Positions 1-14,987 of a stretch of DNA of 64,000 nucleotides are shown here, piece after piece. The number at the start of each line of letters is the position of its first letter. Within the stretch, counting starts at the first letter, position 1. A program made the translations under genes and the position numbers. The DNA is from the human T2T-CHM13v2.0 reference genome, Homo sapiens. The stretch lies in assembly GCF_009914755.1 (NCBI RefSeq), contig NC_060930.1, one strand, 5' to 3'. The notes beneath the pieces were generated by a model. That model made no database searches. It was not told where the DNA came from and worked only from the letters and a program-made list of their open reading frames with translations.

Positions 1-495
1 GACTTTTTAGAGTATGTTTGCATATGCCTTTAGAAGGGCTCTCTCTGTGCGGTCGTTAACAAAATCATCTTTAATTCATGCATAGATGATTTTATTATTC
101 CTTCTAACCTTACTCTGTTGTTAGATTTTTCAGAAAGAAATGATTGGTATTGCGACTATTAAACTACTAGCATCCCTCGCTGAATTTCTTAGTGCATGGT
201 TCTCTGTGTCTTGAGACTTTCTTAGGAATTATATTTTATGATCAACAAATAACTACTATGAATGATTTCAGTGGGACAGAAAACAGATAATTTTCTTCAA
301 GTAAAGAAATTTTAAAACTAATAGAATATGAAGAAAATAATGCATGTTAGTCATTTATTAATTCATGCTCATCAACAACATAGATTCGTCTCATCTCATA
401 TGTAAGTAAACACCTAGTTGACTTTACAAAAATTATGTGTAGAGTATGAATTTCTTGAACCAGCACAGGTGAACAAATGGTTAGCACTCCTTTGA

Positions 496-807
<312 letters not shown>

Positions 808-817
808 TGAACTTTTA

Positions 818-1434
<617 letters not shown>

Positions 1435-1794
1435 CTAACATTGAATTTTTGATATATATAGACTGAAACTTGTAAGTGTTGAGAGGTTCTCTTCATGTAG
1501 GGAACTCACCAGGCAGGCAGTGGTGAAATGAACAAATTAAAGTTATAACATTTTGTTTGTAGTCACTAGATGATTTGTCAACAATGCAAGGTTGTGACTG
1601 TGATCTTTATTTTAAATGTAAGAACACTAAAAATGAGGTAGAGTTCAATTATTTGCTCAAGACCTAATACTAGAAAAGGATGGAGTTAAGAATTATCACT
1701 GTATTTCTGTCCAAAGCCTTGTCTTTCCACCATATCACACTACCTTCCTGAAGGTTTATTTCCAATTATGCTATGATACTATACACAAACATCG

Positions 1795-1917
1795 ATATTA
1801 TTAATATATTATTAATAATATATATCATTAATATTATTAATATTAATATAATATGTTAATATATAATATATGTAATTATTATATATAATATATATTTATA
1901 AATTATAATATATATTT
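1795..1917. repeat. AT-only low-complexity tract
   Basis: About 120 bp of tatta/aatat motifs, almost no G or C. Confidence 0.85.
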
Positions 1918-2961
1918 AGTGATTTTCCCCCTCATTTAAATTTCTTACTGAAAATGTAGAAGAAGGAAAAGGGGAGGAGGAGGAAATTATTTAACTAGAA
2001 TAAATTACTGGGATCAACAACATTTTCCGGAGTGCAAAGGTTCTCATTGTCTAGTTTTCTAGAGCCTAGATGTGTTACCTATTTGTTTTAGAAATGAGAT
2101 GTCTCTTTGATGACATACACATAAATTATAATTATATATTTTTGAAAGGCTTTCACAAAAATAGTTAAGAAAATAAAAATATAGCTGTCTTTAAGCAATT
2201 AGCTTCATTTATTCTAATATAAATGAGCTCCTTCCTTAACAATACTGTCTTCTTGGAAAAGTTTTCCCAAACATGAACATAGTTCTGTCAGTTTTTAAAT
2301 CTGCAAAAGGCATAGTACAAGCAATCAAGTTACTCATGCTTAGTTCAGATGTTAGTAAAAAATACCTTTTTATACTCTGGGCAACAATTAAAGATACAAG
2401 ACAAGGTAGATATATTCCTTTAACTCAAAATCCTTCCCCATTGTTTTGAATATTAATTCCAAGATTATCTATCTCCAACAATAGTTCTTTGGAGTGGCTA
2501 AACCAAGTTCATGCATAAGGGAGAAAATTTTAAAGTTTTGGAAAACAAAGTATAAATATTTGAAATGTGATGATTTTAATATGAATTGTGTTCACTACTA
2601 AGAAAAGAAAGATATTTTCATTGTCGTGGGTCTTTTCTTCTAAGTTTACCAAGAATAAAATAAGATGATTCACTGCTTCACTTCAAGACATTATTAAAGA
2701 TTTTAGCATTCCTTATATAGAGAGATATTAGCACATATTTTACATTTCAACTGACTTCATTTGCAATAGGCCATGCAGTGACTGAAAGTAAAATTAAGAC
2801 CTTAATGCCAGTTATTACCGCTTTTTATTGGTTTTATTCTAGATCTACACATGCATTATGCAATTTTTAAAAAATGAAAATACAGTTAGGTACATAAAAA
2901 GCCCACAATCTTAGAAACAAAGACTATTAAAACAGACAAGTACAAGAATTGCTTGGAATAC

Positions 2962-3021
2962 CTGGTTTTAAATCCCCATGGACAAATATGTCAATCATAT
3001 ATCGACAGAATGCATACTGAT
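2962..3021 (-). CDS. TRDN: Triadin exon 9 (60 nt): DQYAFCRYMIDIFVHGDLKP
   Basis: Acceptor tttctactctgtcag; weak donor CAG|gtattc. Confidence 0.96.
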
Positions 3022-4267
3022 CTGACAGAGTAGAAAGAAAAAGAGCAATGAAAAAATGTCATCAACACTTCATTTTTCTACAGAGAAATAATTTAACAAA
3101 GCAAACAAAATAGCACAATTCTATTTTGGTTACTACAATATTTTCTGTAAAAAAAATAATTTGCACTTATATGAAAATACAGAAGGAAAGAAAGACGACA
3201 AATGTAATGCTTCATTTCTTCCATACAAAAATAACCTCAAAAATTGAAAAGCACTAGTTCAGGGTAATCTTATAGTGGTTGTTTTCAAAATAAAAACCTA
3301 TTTTGTCAAATAATTGATTACAAAAGTCATCATATTAAAGCAATTTTTCCCATTTGTCATTTTATAAACTTTCAATAATGAAACAGAAGTTTTACAAGAG
3401 GAAATTGTTTCCAACTTGGAGTGTTTTATCAAATACTCAGTTCCAGCCCTTCTGCTAATTGTCTCTATGGAGCAGCAGAATGTCTTTTCCAAAAGACTAT
3501 CAGGAGAACTAACCTCTTTGCAACCTGTTAGGTGGCCTCTGAATAAAAATGCTCTTTAATTGGGAGAGTAAATCAAGAACAGAGTAACAGAACCAAATGA
3601 TATTGTTGTTAAACTAATCAAATGAGTAATCTTCTTAAGATCATCTTATGATCTTGACTAGTTTATGGCCTATGGTGAAAGTAAACAAACAAACAAACAA
3701 ACCATAGTATGTAAACATCATTTTGGGCAGACCTGGTCTTCAGGAGTTGGTTTTTTTCTATTCCCTCTAGATTAAAGACATTGCACTTAACTTTAAATCC
3801 TCACAGAACTTTAGATTCTCCTGAGGTCAATCCAACTCAAAGCTCAATTGATGAATCTTTACCGTATCTGCTTTAAAGCATACATATTATGAAATAATTT
3901 ACATTTCAATATTCCTGAAATATGCATTTTATTAATCCACCAAATCCGAAGGCAGCTTTAGGACCAAGAGAGTTTATTGAATTTAAGCAACATGTTACAT
4001 TCTTAATTGCTCCAAATTATGCATATCAAACATATGAAATAACAAAGCTTGTTACTAAACAGATACACCTCTAAGGATTTTTGTAAATCTCGTTCTTTTT
4101 AGAGTAGTAACAGCATTTTTAGAGGAATCCATTTTATTATGAAATTCTGTTAGGTCTTTAAAAAATAAATATAGTTATTGAAGAAGATATAAAAATATAA
4201 TCTTTTTCATTAATACCTAAATAAGGGCAGGCCAAAACTCATAAAGTTCCAAAAATTTAGATGTATT

Positions 4268-4413
4268 TTAGTTGTTGAAATTGGAGCACATTTTCCCACA
4301 GGAGAGGTAGGGAATGGGAAGGAGGCTAGTCCTCAGGTCATTCCATGCATTGATTTGCCCTTTGATGTACTGGCAGTAATAGCTGGAGTTTCTGATCCCA
4401 GGACCTGGGAACC
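4268..4413 (-). CDS. Candidate alternative terminal exon in intron 8 (GFPGPGIRNSSYYCQYIKGQINAWNDLRTSLLPIPYLSCGKMCSNFNN*)
   Basis: Branch-like ccttaac, then cttatgtctttcccaatcatag acceptor; open in the phase-1 frame for 48 codons; AATAAA at 4133-4138, 3973-3978 and 3928-3933. Confidence 0.5.
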
Positions 4414-4667
4414 CTATGATTGGGAAAGACATAAGGTTAAGGTAGAAGGTATTTTCTCTTTTCTAGACACGAGATTGTTTTCCTGAACAAAACTGTAGAA
4501 CTGGCAATTTGACTCTAAGACAAAGCAAGATGAAAAAGTACATTTCCCTTAAATGAAAAGTTTGAAGTCAGACCAGTGTGGACTTTCTGAAATCGGCAGT
4601 ATGTTCCCTTTATTTCAGTACCTTAAGTGACTGTACTCTTTTTAGATTTGTTCTGCCTATACTCTAG

Positions 4668-4848
4668 GAGTAGTTCTCAAAGGGCAACTTAAACACGAGA
4701 AAGAGAGAGGAGTTGTCAAAATACAGATTTTTGGGCTCCATCATCCAAAAAAAATTAAAATGCCATGGATCTGGACCCTAGGAATATGCATTTTATACAA
4801 ACTCCTTAGATGAATCTAATTAGACTGCATTTACAGAATCACTGATCT
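4668..4848. mobile_element. MER5-like hAT-Charlie DNA transposon
   Basis: agtagttctcaaa...atacagatt...ctaggaatatgcatttt...actccttagatga. Confidence 0.55.
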
Positions 4849-5155
4849 AAAACCTTTCATTCCTTTTTCCCAAAATAATTACTCTTAGAGGCACTATAGA
4901 CTCCCATGACAGCAAATAAGAGTGTTTGTTTTTATGTATGTTGGAAGTTTAGAATGCAGGGACTATTTGTAATATAACATCCCCTCCAAATGAAATATTA
5001 TCTGCCCCACGTTGTGATGGGATAGTTATATACATAACATGTTGAAGAGTGTACTGAATTAATTAAAATCTTCACACTTCAGAGAGTCTTCTTTAGCTGA
5101 ATGCTGACAATGTAATGAAACTTTTCAGCTTGTATGTTGAAATATTATCAAAGTA

Positions 5156-5802
<647 letters not shown>

Positions 5803-6837
5803 TACCTTACTTATATTTCTTATATTTCCTAGATCCAAAAATCATTCATTTAATTAATACACCAACAGCCCAATGAACTTCTAATTGCAAAAAGGAAATT
5901 TCTTATGAATTCAGAGGATGTTTTTTAACCTAGAAAATTATTTGTTACAACACTTAGAAGGTTTTGTTATATGTAAATAGTGCTGTGATCTTGTATTCTA
6001 ATGGCACCAATATATCAATAGGAATATGAGAAAGATGTTTTTATTCCTATCAAAGCTGATAGGAATTTTCAAATATTTTAAGTTAGGATGCCCATTTCCA
6101 CCTGTCCTTGGCAATGACCTTAACAACGTATAAGAATTCTAGGTAGGTATGTGTTGGGAAGTCTCCAGTTTATCTGCTTAACCTATCTAAGAATACAGAA
6201 AAACCAAGCCTTCCTGATTTTGAAAGATTTGTGTTCTAAAAATGTTTCTTTAAACCCAACTTAAATATTATAGCAGAAAATTTTTCACAAAGAAAATCTA
6301 AATTGTCCTGCCATTCTAACTTTCATAGTTCTGAGATAATAATTTATATAATGTTAATTTGCTCATCATTGTAAGTACTTTTTCCCCAAATAAACATCCT
6401 TCTTGGAATAACACATGCTGTCCATTTCTCTCCTTCTTGATTCTCAGGAAGCAGTGATAGATGTCATTCAAATGATACCTAGTTGGTGTTCCCTGTGGAA
6501 TAGTAACAAAGGGAAAATACATTCTGGGTGCAGAATGTCAAGAACAACAAAAAATTTTTAAGAAACCTGTAATGAGGATGGGGCACATGTGGTCCAGTAC
6601 TCTATAACAGATTCACATTAGCTATACTTTCTCTGCCTGCCACAAATATCAAATAGTTGTTTTAAAAGAAAGAATGAGTGAAGGAGCAAAGTGTGTGGCA
6701 GCTGGAAAATTCGTTTCTCCTTCCCCACAGACCTCCTAGAGGTCATCAGAAAACTAGGGAGCAATGTCTGACTATGCCAACTCTTCCTACTCTACAAACA
6801 GATTTAGATGGGTTCATAAAAACTAGATTATTTGATG

Positions 6838-6870
6838 GGTGTGTGTGTGTGTCTGTGTGTGTGTGTGTGT
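6838..6870. repeat. (TG)n microsatellite
   Basis: Direct inspection. Confidence 0.9.
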
Positions 6871-9146
6871 TTATGGTAGGTGTGTATATACATATGCATC
6901 TTATCCCTAATGCTTTAAGCAGAAAAAGAGATGTATTATTTCCATATACAATATTGAGAGTAACTACATTGAATATATTCATATGTATACTATGTAATTA
7001 AATAATTACTAATAAATATGTGTCCCATGTGAAAATCTGTTTCCAAGTGAGTAAAGGACCTATGAGCCTTATTTCTTTAAAAAGAAGTATTTAGAAATCT
7101 ATATGAAAAGAATGCCTCAAACATATTAGGTCTAACTTAACTATGTGAATGAGTATTCTCTTGCCCAAAAAGCTAACTCAACTAAGTCATCATATAAAAT
7201 TTTCAAAACCAAAGCCTCAGAAATTAAAAAAAACTATATCTTTATCTTGCTTAGCTAAAATCATAATGTAATTAGTTTTCTTTAATTTAAAAATGCTCTT
7301 AATTAAATCTTTGCTTAGTAACAAAAAATGAAAAATAAAATGACATATTTATATGTCTGATCTGCCATTAGAGGTTAAGTTTTGAATACTTACCTAATGA
7401 TACATTTATATAATTGATGGCAATTGTTCTCAATACTGAGACTTGCTTTAGCAATTGCAATTATTTAGCTGATAAAATCACATTTGTGCTTTTGTTTTAA
7501 ACTCTAAATGATATTTGAATGTCCTTTTAATAGATAAATAACTCTTTGTGTAGAAATAAAAATAGTAGACTGAAAAGGAATATGGTAATATAATGCTGTC
7601 TTTAATAAATCTGATTACTGATAGAAATGAAATACAATATTTGTGGCCTGGAAAATAAACATTATTTTAAAGTGTTCCGGTGATGAGTTTTTATCAATAA
7701 AATGTGGCTCCCAAATCCCCAAAGATATGAAAAATTAACATCAAAAAATACATTCACATTCCTAGTTGTTAGATAAGTATTTTGACATTTCCAAATATAA
7801 CTGGCATCAATTTTTACACTCTGTATTTATGGTTAAAAATTAGAATGTACTTTGTAGGTTTTCACTGATTTCATGTGATTATTTTTCTTTTTGAACAGCA
7901 ATCTAAAGTGTAAAGGATTTCAGGATCTAAGTAATCATACCAGTGAATCCAAAGATTATTTCTGCTGTTTTTTTACCACAGTAAAATATTATATTCAACG
8001 TATTTTCTCTTTACTTACTTCATCCTTTTTGTCTACCAAAATATTTCATTAATGACATAATTTTGATAGAAGTAATAATTAACTTTTAAATTTTTTTCAT
8101 GGTGATATAATCACCTTGAAAATTGGAAAAAGTTTTAGAGCTCCTAAGTTTTAATATGACTTATATCTTAAAATAATAAATTAAAATTATCTAAATTTAA
8201 AGGTTTGTAGATCACTAAAAAAAGAAAAAAACTTTCCTTTTTAAAATATATATTTTTAAAATATGTATCTTTTGTCATATAAATCAGAGTTGACAAATAC
8301 TACATGTGAATCAAAGTTTACAAATGCAAATTCAAGAGAAAAAAGATGAAAATACAGTACGAGTGCATTGCAAATTTCATTTCTTGTGCCTTATGAGGAA
8401 AAATTAATTTCAGTTTCATCCTCCAAATAGCCTGCTCTGTAACAAAATTGTAAGATTTCTTAAACTAAAATCTAATAGAAACCAATTCTTTGATACAGTC
8501 CTTAGATAACATTAGTCAAAAGTGCTACAAAGTAAAGAAAAATTTGGTTTTGCAATGCCTCCAAGAAACACCAATTACAGGAATAGTCTCTACATGTTAG
8601 ATCCCCGTATTCTGTAAAGGAGTCTCAGGATTATACAGCAAACTGGAGTCAGGAATGGACTTAGGAAAAGAAACATTCAATAAGGGCCAGAGATGTGGTA
8701 CGATAAGACCCTTAGTTGCCCTCCTAAACCTTCAGCTCTGTATATTCACATAGCAACCTTCCATAAAATAAAAATTCAGGTTTATATGCCACCTCCATTG
8801 AAGTGATATATTTTTGCAAAGTGGGGATGTAAGTTTGACATCACTCTTGCTGAAGAATGGCGAAATATGTCACATTCAGAGCTTTCTAAAGTTAGAAATT
8901 TAGTCAATGGAAACTGAAAAAGAATCTTGAGAACTGTCTTCTCTATAACATCTTGCCTATTAAATAAATTTAATAATTGGATGTATATTCTAAATGATGT
9001 GCTCTTGCCAATGCAACAGTAATGTATGGATAGTTTTTATGATATTTACTCTATATGATTCCAACATGTACCCCTTCACAAACTCCTTAGGAATTGCTGT
9101 CATTTTGGGGGACCACTTTCCTCCAAAGAGTATGACACATACAATC

Positions 9147-9152
9147 TTTATT
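9147..9152 (-). terminator. Candidate AATAAA poly(A) signal for the Trisk32 3'UTR
   Basis: tttatt on the + strand about 250 nt past the stop; an ATTAAA also lies at 8969-8974. Which site is used cannot be told from sequence. Confidence 0.4.
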
Positions 9153-9403
9153 CCACCTCTTAATAGACATTCCATATCTCAAAAATTCAACATTTATCCC
9201 CAATCTTTATATGATTTCGGATGCTACCTCCAAACCCCTTTTAAAAATACTTCAAAATGCCCCTTTAGATCTGTGAACACATTTTAGTATTTTTATAAAT
9301 AAATATTAATTCCCAATTTACTGTATTTCTTTTCTGATATATTTACTTTAATGTCTTTTACCCCCATTTGAAGTCTGATTTTGGTCTTTTTCAACTTTTA
9401 ATT

Positions 9404-9471
9404 TCACTGCATGTGCTTCTTGCCCAATATTCTCTTAGAACCTCCGGCAGCCTCCTGCTCTGAATGTTTAC
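9404..9471 (-). CDS. TRDN: Exon-8 read-through C-terminus of the cardiac isoform Trisk32/CT1 (286 aa): GKHSEQEAAGGSKRILGKKHMQ*
   Basis: Frame stays open past the exon-8 donor to TGA at 9404-9406 (ORF 9404..9601). Confidence 0.92.
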
Positions 9472-9654
9472 CTTTCTGTTCATGCTTTGACACAGCTGCT
9501 TTCTCTTTGTCCTCCTTTTCTTTGGGTTTTGATGGTGTTTTCTGTACTTCTTTTACTTTTGCAGCTGTTTGCTTCACTTTCTCCTGTTTTCCACCTTTCA
9601 CTTCCTTTTTAGTCTTTTCTTCACTCTTTTCTGCAGTCTTAGCTTTCTTCTGTT
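9472..9654 (-). CDS. TRDN: Triadin exon 8 (183 nt), including the KEKE calsequestrin/RyR-binding region
   Basis: Acceptor ctttatacag; EQKKAKTAEKSEEKTKKEVKGGKQEKVKQTAAKVKEVQKTPSKPKEKEDKEKAAVSKHEQK; donor AAG|gtaaac. Confidence 0.97.
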
Positions 9655-9759
9655 CTGTATAAAGTTAAAAGATGTTGAAATACTTTTGTTTATTTACAAA
9701 CATAATGTTTCATCTGTACTATGTCATTAAGGAAAATTGGAAAAGAAAGAGGGAAGAAA

Positions 9760-9848
9760 GGTAAGTCACAAGTGTTTATGTTAAGAACAGTATTTTTCAG
9801 GAAAACAATGAAAAATACTGTTCTTAACATAAACACTTGTGACTTACC
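9760..9848. repeat. Perfect 40-bp inverted repeat with 9-nt spacer
   Basis: ggtaagtcacaagtgtttatgttaagaacagtatttttca (9760-9799) / ggaaaacaa / exact reverse complement (9809-9848). Confidence 0.97.
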
Positions 9849-10716
9849 AGAGTTTTATACAGTTTATGAAGTGCTATATTAGATAGACTACTAAAAGTGT
9901 TATGGCTTTTAATTTGTACATGAAAACACTATTTTTTAAGGCAATAGTAACTTAGCATGTCAACAAGGAGGCATCTGTAGCATGCAGGGGATGGATGTAC
10001 AGGAATTTCTGTGAAAGACAATGTCCATACCAAACAGCCCAGTGAAGTAGTCTCCTTTTATAAGCACATGATCATTTTGCTTGATAACTGAAAGATCTTA
10101 AGGGTCATTCAAGAAACTGAAATGCCAACAAAGTCTTTTTTAAAGACAACAATTAGTAATGCAAGTGTAAAATTATCGCATTGGTGTTGACTAACAGAAA
10201 TAAAACAATGAAATCCATTAGAAGATAACTGAAAGACCTATAGTCTAATGATTTGGCCTTAGAAAAACTGAAAGTGAAGAAATTCAGATATTGGCTCCTG
10301 TTTATCTTAAGTCAGCGATAATTCTACTAGTTTTTAAAGCCCTTAAACATATCATGGGAAATTCAAAGGGCTATAAATAAAAATATATATGAATAGATAT
10401 ATAAATTAGAACATATATATATTACACACATATATTCTTAATTTGATATTATCCGTATTTTGGAAGAGGGAACTGTGATGCAAATAACTAGTCTGTGGAT
10501 CATTCAAGCATCTTTTAAAAAGCAGTAATAATGTAGCACATAATTTGTGGAAAATTGTTCATAATAGATGCTGAATATTGGACATTCCTTTTTGTATGTG
10601 ACTACACATAACCACTATACACCACAGCAACTCTACTGCAATGTTGGAATCCTCTATGTCATTTGCTAATGCACTGTGTAGCCTTTATTGTCACTCATGT
10701 TAAAGAATTTGATGAA

Positions 10717-11008
<292 letters not shown>

Positions 11009-11407
11009 AAAGAATTTAATGAAAAAATGTAATCAAGTTTCTTGACTTTGGTACCCTAAATGATGATTTCAGGCTAAGCCAAGATAATATCAGAAGGTCC
11101 CATTGAGAGAATGAAAATGATAATGCCAGATGCTGGTTAGCTTGCAAACCAAAAATCATCTGTGGTATTGCACTTAATTGACTACGCCAGCACTTCCCAA
11201 AACACTGTTTCTCAGATACTTCAGATATTTACAGGAAGATGTTGATACTGTATTAGGTATTGGAGAATATTCTCATGGCCAAATTCATTTGGCAACAATA
11301 AGCTAACCTGGTCGTTTAGCTTGGACTTTCTCAAAGCTGAAGTGTATTGAGAATTTTTAAGAAGGGGAATTATGATACACACATTATTCAATATTGTTTA
11401 ATCATAA

Positions 11408-11704
<297 letters not shown>

Positions 11705-12206
11705 TAAATCATTTCTAAACCTCCTTTGCTGGTTTCTGCTCTTTCCTGCAGTAAACTCATACGTTTCTGTGACTGAAACCAGCAGCTTTCTGCGGATGAC
11801 TTTAAATTGAAATCATTCCAGAATTCCACACTGGAATGTTTATTAGTGTCTGTCTGGAAAGAAAGTTTCACTGGAGTGGTCAACAGCACCTCAATCTCAT
11901 GCAACTCATTCACCTAAAAAACACTTCTAGAGAGTCTATGTTGACCTGGGCTCACAGCTAGTTGCTGGAGCTCTAAAAATCAGCATAATAATAAAACTAC
12001 CTGAATAAATTTTAGCACAGCAAAATTAAAACCGTGCAATATCTGGCTTCCTCCTATCTCCCATGTTACAGCACTTTTCCAAAAATTTATTCCTCTACTG
12101 GACTGCTTTCTTTCTTTTGAATATTTTATGTATTTTTCCATGTGTCAACTGTTGTCAGACTGCATTCTCTATATTTTCTATATTTTTCCACATATTTAAA
12201 TTTCTT

Positions 12207-12587
<381 letters not shown>

Positions 12588-12639
12588 TGAATTTTTATTA
12601 AATTATACATTTTATTCTTTATTATATATCTTGAAATAT

Positions 12640-12780
12640 AGATAGTTTGATCTATCTGTCTTCCCTACCAGACAGACAGTGCTTAGGGGCAGGAATTCTA
12701 TTATTATTTTTGTATCACCATAGTGTCTAGCACAATGCTTCTTTCAGAGAAAACAGAGGATAAATGTATACTGGATTAGC
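12640..12780 (+). mobile_element. L2 3'-end fragment
   Basis: ggggcaggaa...tgtatcaccatagtgtctagcacaatgc resembles the L2 tail. Confidence 0.5.
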
Positions 12781-14749
12781 AATTTTGACGGAGAGAGTAA
12801 ATATTCCACTATACTCAGATCATATGTATAATATAGTGATATAGAGACTGCATTATGTAAATATGTGTTTAGAAATAAACTTGTCTAAACCTGTTAAACT
12901 TGCCAACTTTTTTTTTTGTTTATACTAATTTGTATGAAATTGTTATATTTGCTTACTCTAAATGACAGCTATCTACTCCTTGTAAGTTACAGTTGATTTA
13001 ACCTTAACTTTATAGTATGGAACTATAGACGTGTGAAATTCAGATTTCTTTTTAATGCCATTATAATTTATAAGTGGGCAATGATTATTTTCTAAGAGGT
13101 AGAACCACATATATAGCCAACTCATTATAATCATTGACTTTAAGTATAAAAATAATAAAATATTTTCTACTATTTTAGACACTCTTCAATCACATTCACT
13201 CTGGAAATAGATAACTTTGCCTCATAGTAGAAAAAAATGAGTGACAACTAAACAATGATGTGGCTATAATAAAGAAAATATCATGAAACTAAAGCAACAC
13301 CCAACTTCTATTTACTTTTGAGTACACATTCTTCAATTTTGTGCCAAAATATTTTTCCTGATTTTTCCCTAAAATAATTTAAGTGATGAAATTTATTAAG
13401 GAATGAAAAAAACAAAAAGTATTGCCATGGGTATTCAAATCACCCAGTTTTATTTAGGAAGGCATTTTATTCATGACTTTTGTCAAATGGAAAACAAAAT
13501 GGCCTAATCAAAAAAAATGACATCAGCATATTTGATTCAATCTTGGAATTAGCGTGATCCATTAGCTACTGCATCAGATTCAGAATGTCTGATGCCAAAG
13601 TATTAAATAGAATAGTATCCTTCAAGAAACATACTACACATGTTGGGAGTTAGAAAATAACAAATTTTCTCTCTCATTCCATAAAGAACTGCAAACTGCT
13701 TAACTTTTTTCTCTGCTTCAGTTTCTTTGCGTTAAAAAAAAAAAGAATCGCCACTGTAACTGCCTCTTCCTCTATGGAAGCTGTGGAGATGAGTAACACT
13801 GAGCAAAATAACTTTGAATTCTGCAAAATAAGTATGTAAACATTTCTAATATTATATCTGCATAATCTGCATGTCTAGAGCTCTTGGAGTTTCCCTAGAA
13901 CTTATCCACAGTTTAATGTACAGCAGGAATTACTATTTCATTATTATTTTACATTTGAAAAATCTAAGTATCAAAAAGCCATTTATCAAAGATGGTGCAA
14001 CTAAATGAGTTAGGAGTAGAAAGAGTAGAATCAGAATGACTAACCCAATTTCTAATCACAGTGAATTGCACACGTATTAATATTAACCTAAAAAGATGAT
14101 ACAAAAACTGTATTTTAAGACATATAAGGGCAGATATAAATATACATGAACCATGTGAAAGTGATAAAATGTCTTCCTGAAAGTGACCAAGGCAGCAATA
14201 ACCTCTGCCACATCATCAAACACACAGACATCTGAAGGTCACACTGACATCCACATCAATTAGACAGCCTGGCCCAAACTTGGCTCACCTCACTCAACTT
14301 CTCTTTTCATCATTGTTTTCTTCTTTTTCTTCTACCTTGTCTCTGTTGTTTTTAATGAACTACAGAAATAGGCTAGATTTCTCAGTGGATATGGGGTCCT
14401 ACATATGTATCAAGGTAGACATTAAAGGTCTACTCTTCCCCAGGAGGAATCCCTGAAGTGTTCTAACCAATGGCTGCCTTTCAGCAAGCAGTATGCAACA
14501 GAGCAAGAAACATGCTGTGTTCTATGCAAGTGCCTCCAGAAATCACAGCTCTTCAAAGGGAGATTCTACTTTAACTGGTCACACCTTTCAAAGATACTTT
14601 ATGATATTTTCTATCTTTAATGTCACATAGAAGGCTTATGACTTTTTATCTTATTTTGTTTTACCAGAAACCACCTATTACATAAAGAACACTTTCTATT
14701 AATTTCTTATAATAACATAATACATACACATATAAAATAAAAATAAAAA

Positions 14750-14942
14750 GCATATACTGTATACAAACATGTATACACATATACACATACATATATATGT
14801 TTTAAACAGACACATATATACATATGCATACATATATACACACATATATATGTTTTAAACAGGCACATATATACTTATGCATACATATATATACACACAT
14901 ATATATGTATGTTTGTGTGTGTATGTGTATGTGTGTGTGTGC
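14750..14942. repeat. Complex (TA/CA/TG)n microsatellite
   Basis: acacatatata units with a repeated atatgttttaaacag, then (TG)n. Confidence 0.85.
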
Positions 14943-14987
14943 ACCTCCCCCAGAAGAATGATGTAAATATTTAAATGGAAAGTATTT

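Noticed and set aside
9404-9421. KKHMQ as a dilysine ER-retrieval signal
   Set aside because: Spacing does not fit KKxx, and the triadin C-terminus is luminal
9411-9662. 83-aa hydrophobic ORF on the + strand
   Set aside because: Antisense shadow of the Lys/Glu-rich exon 8
9760-9848. MADE1/Hsmar1 MITE as the origin of the hairpin
   Set aside because: Similar size, but the arms do not resemble the MADE1 terminal repeat (TTAGGTTGGTGCAAAAG...) and there is no TA duplication
10371-10380. MEF2 consensus ctataaataa
   Set aside because: Single AT-rich motif with no supporting cluster
11763-11913. Possible minus-strand poison exon (ttttttag|GTGAATGA ... AAC|gtatga)
   Set aside because: Short pyrimidine tract and weak donor; expected by chance
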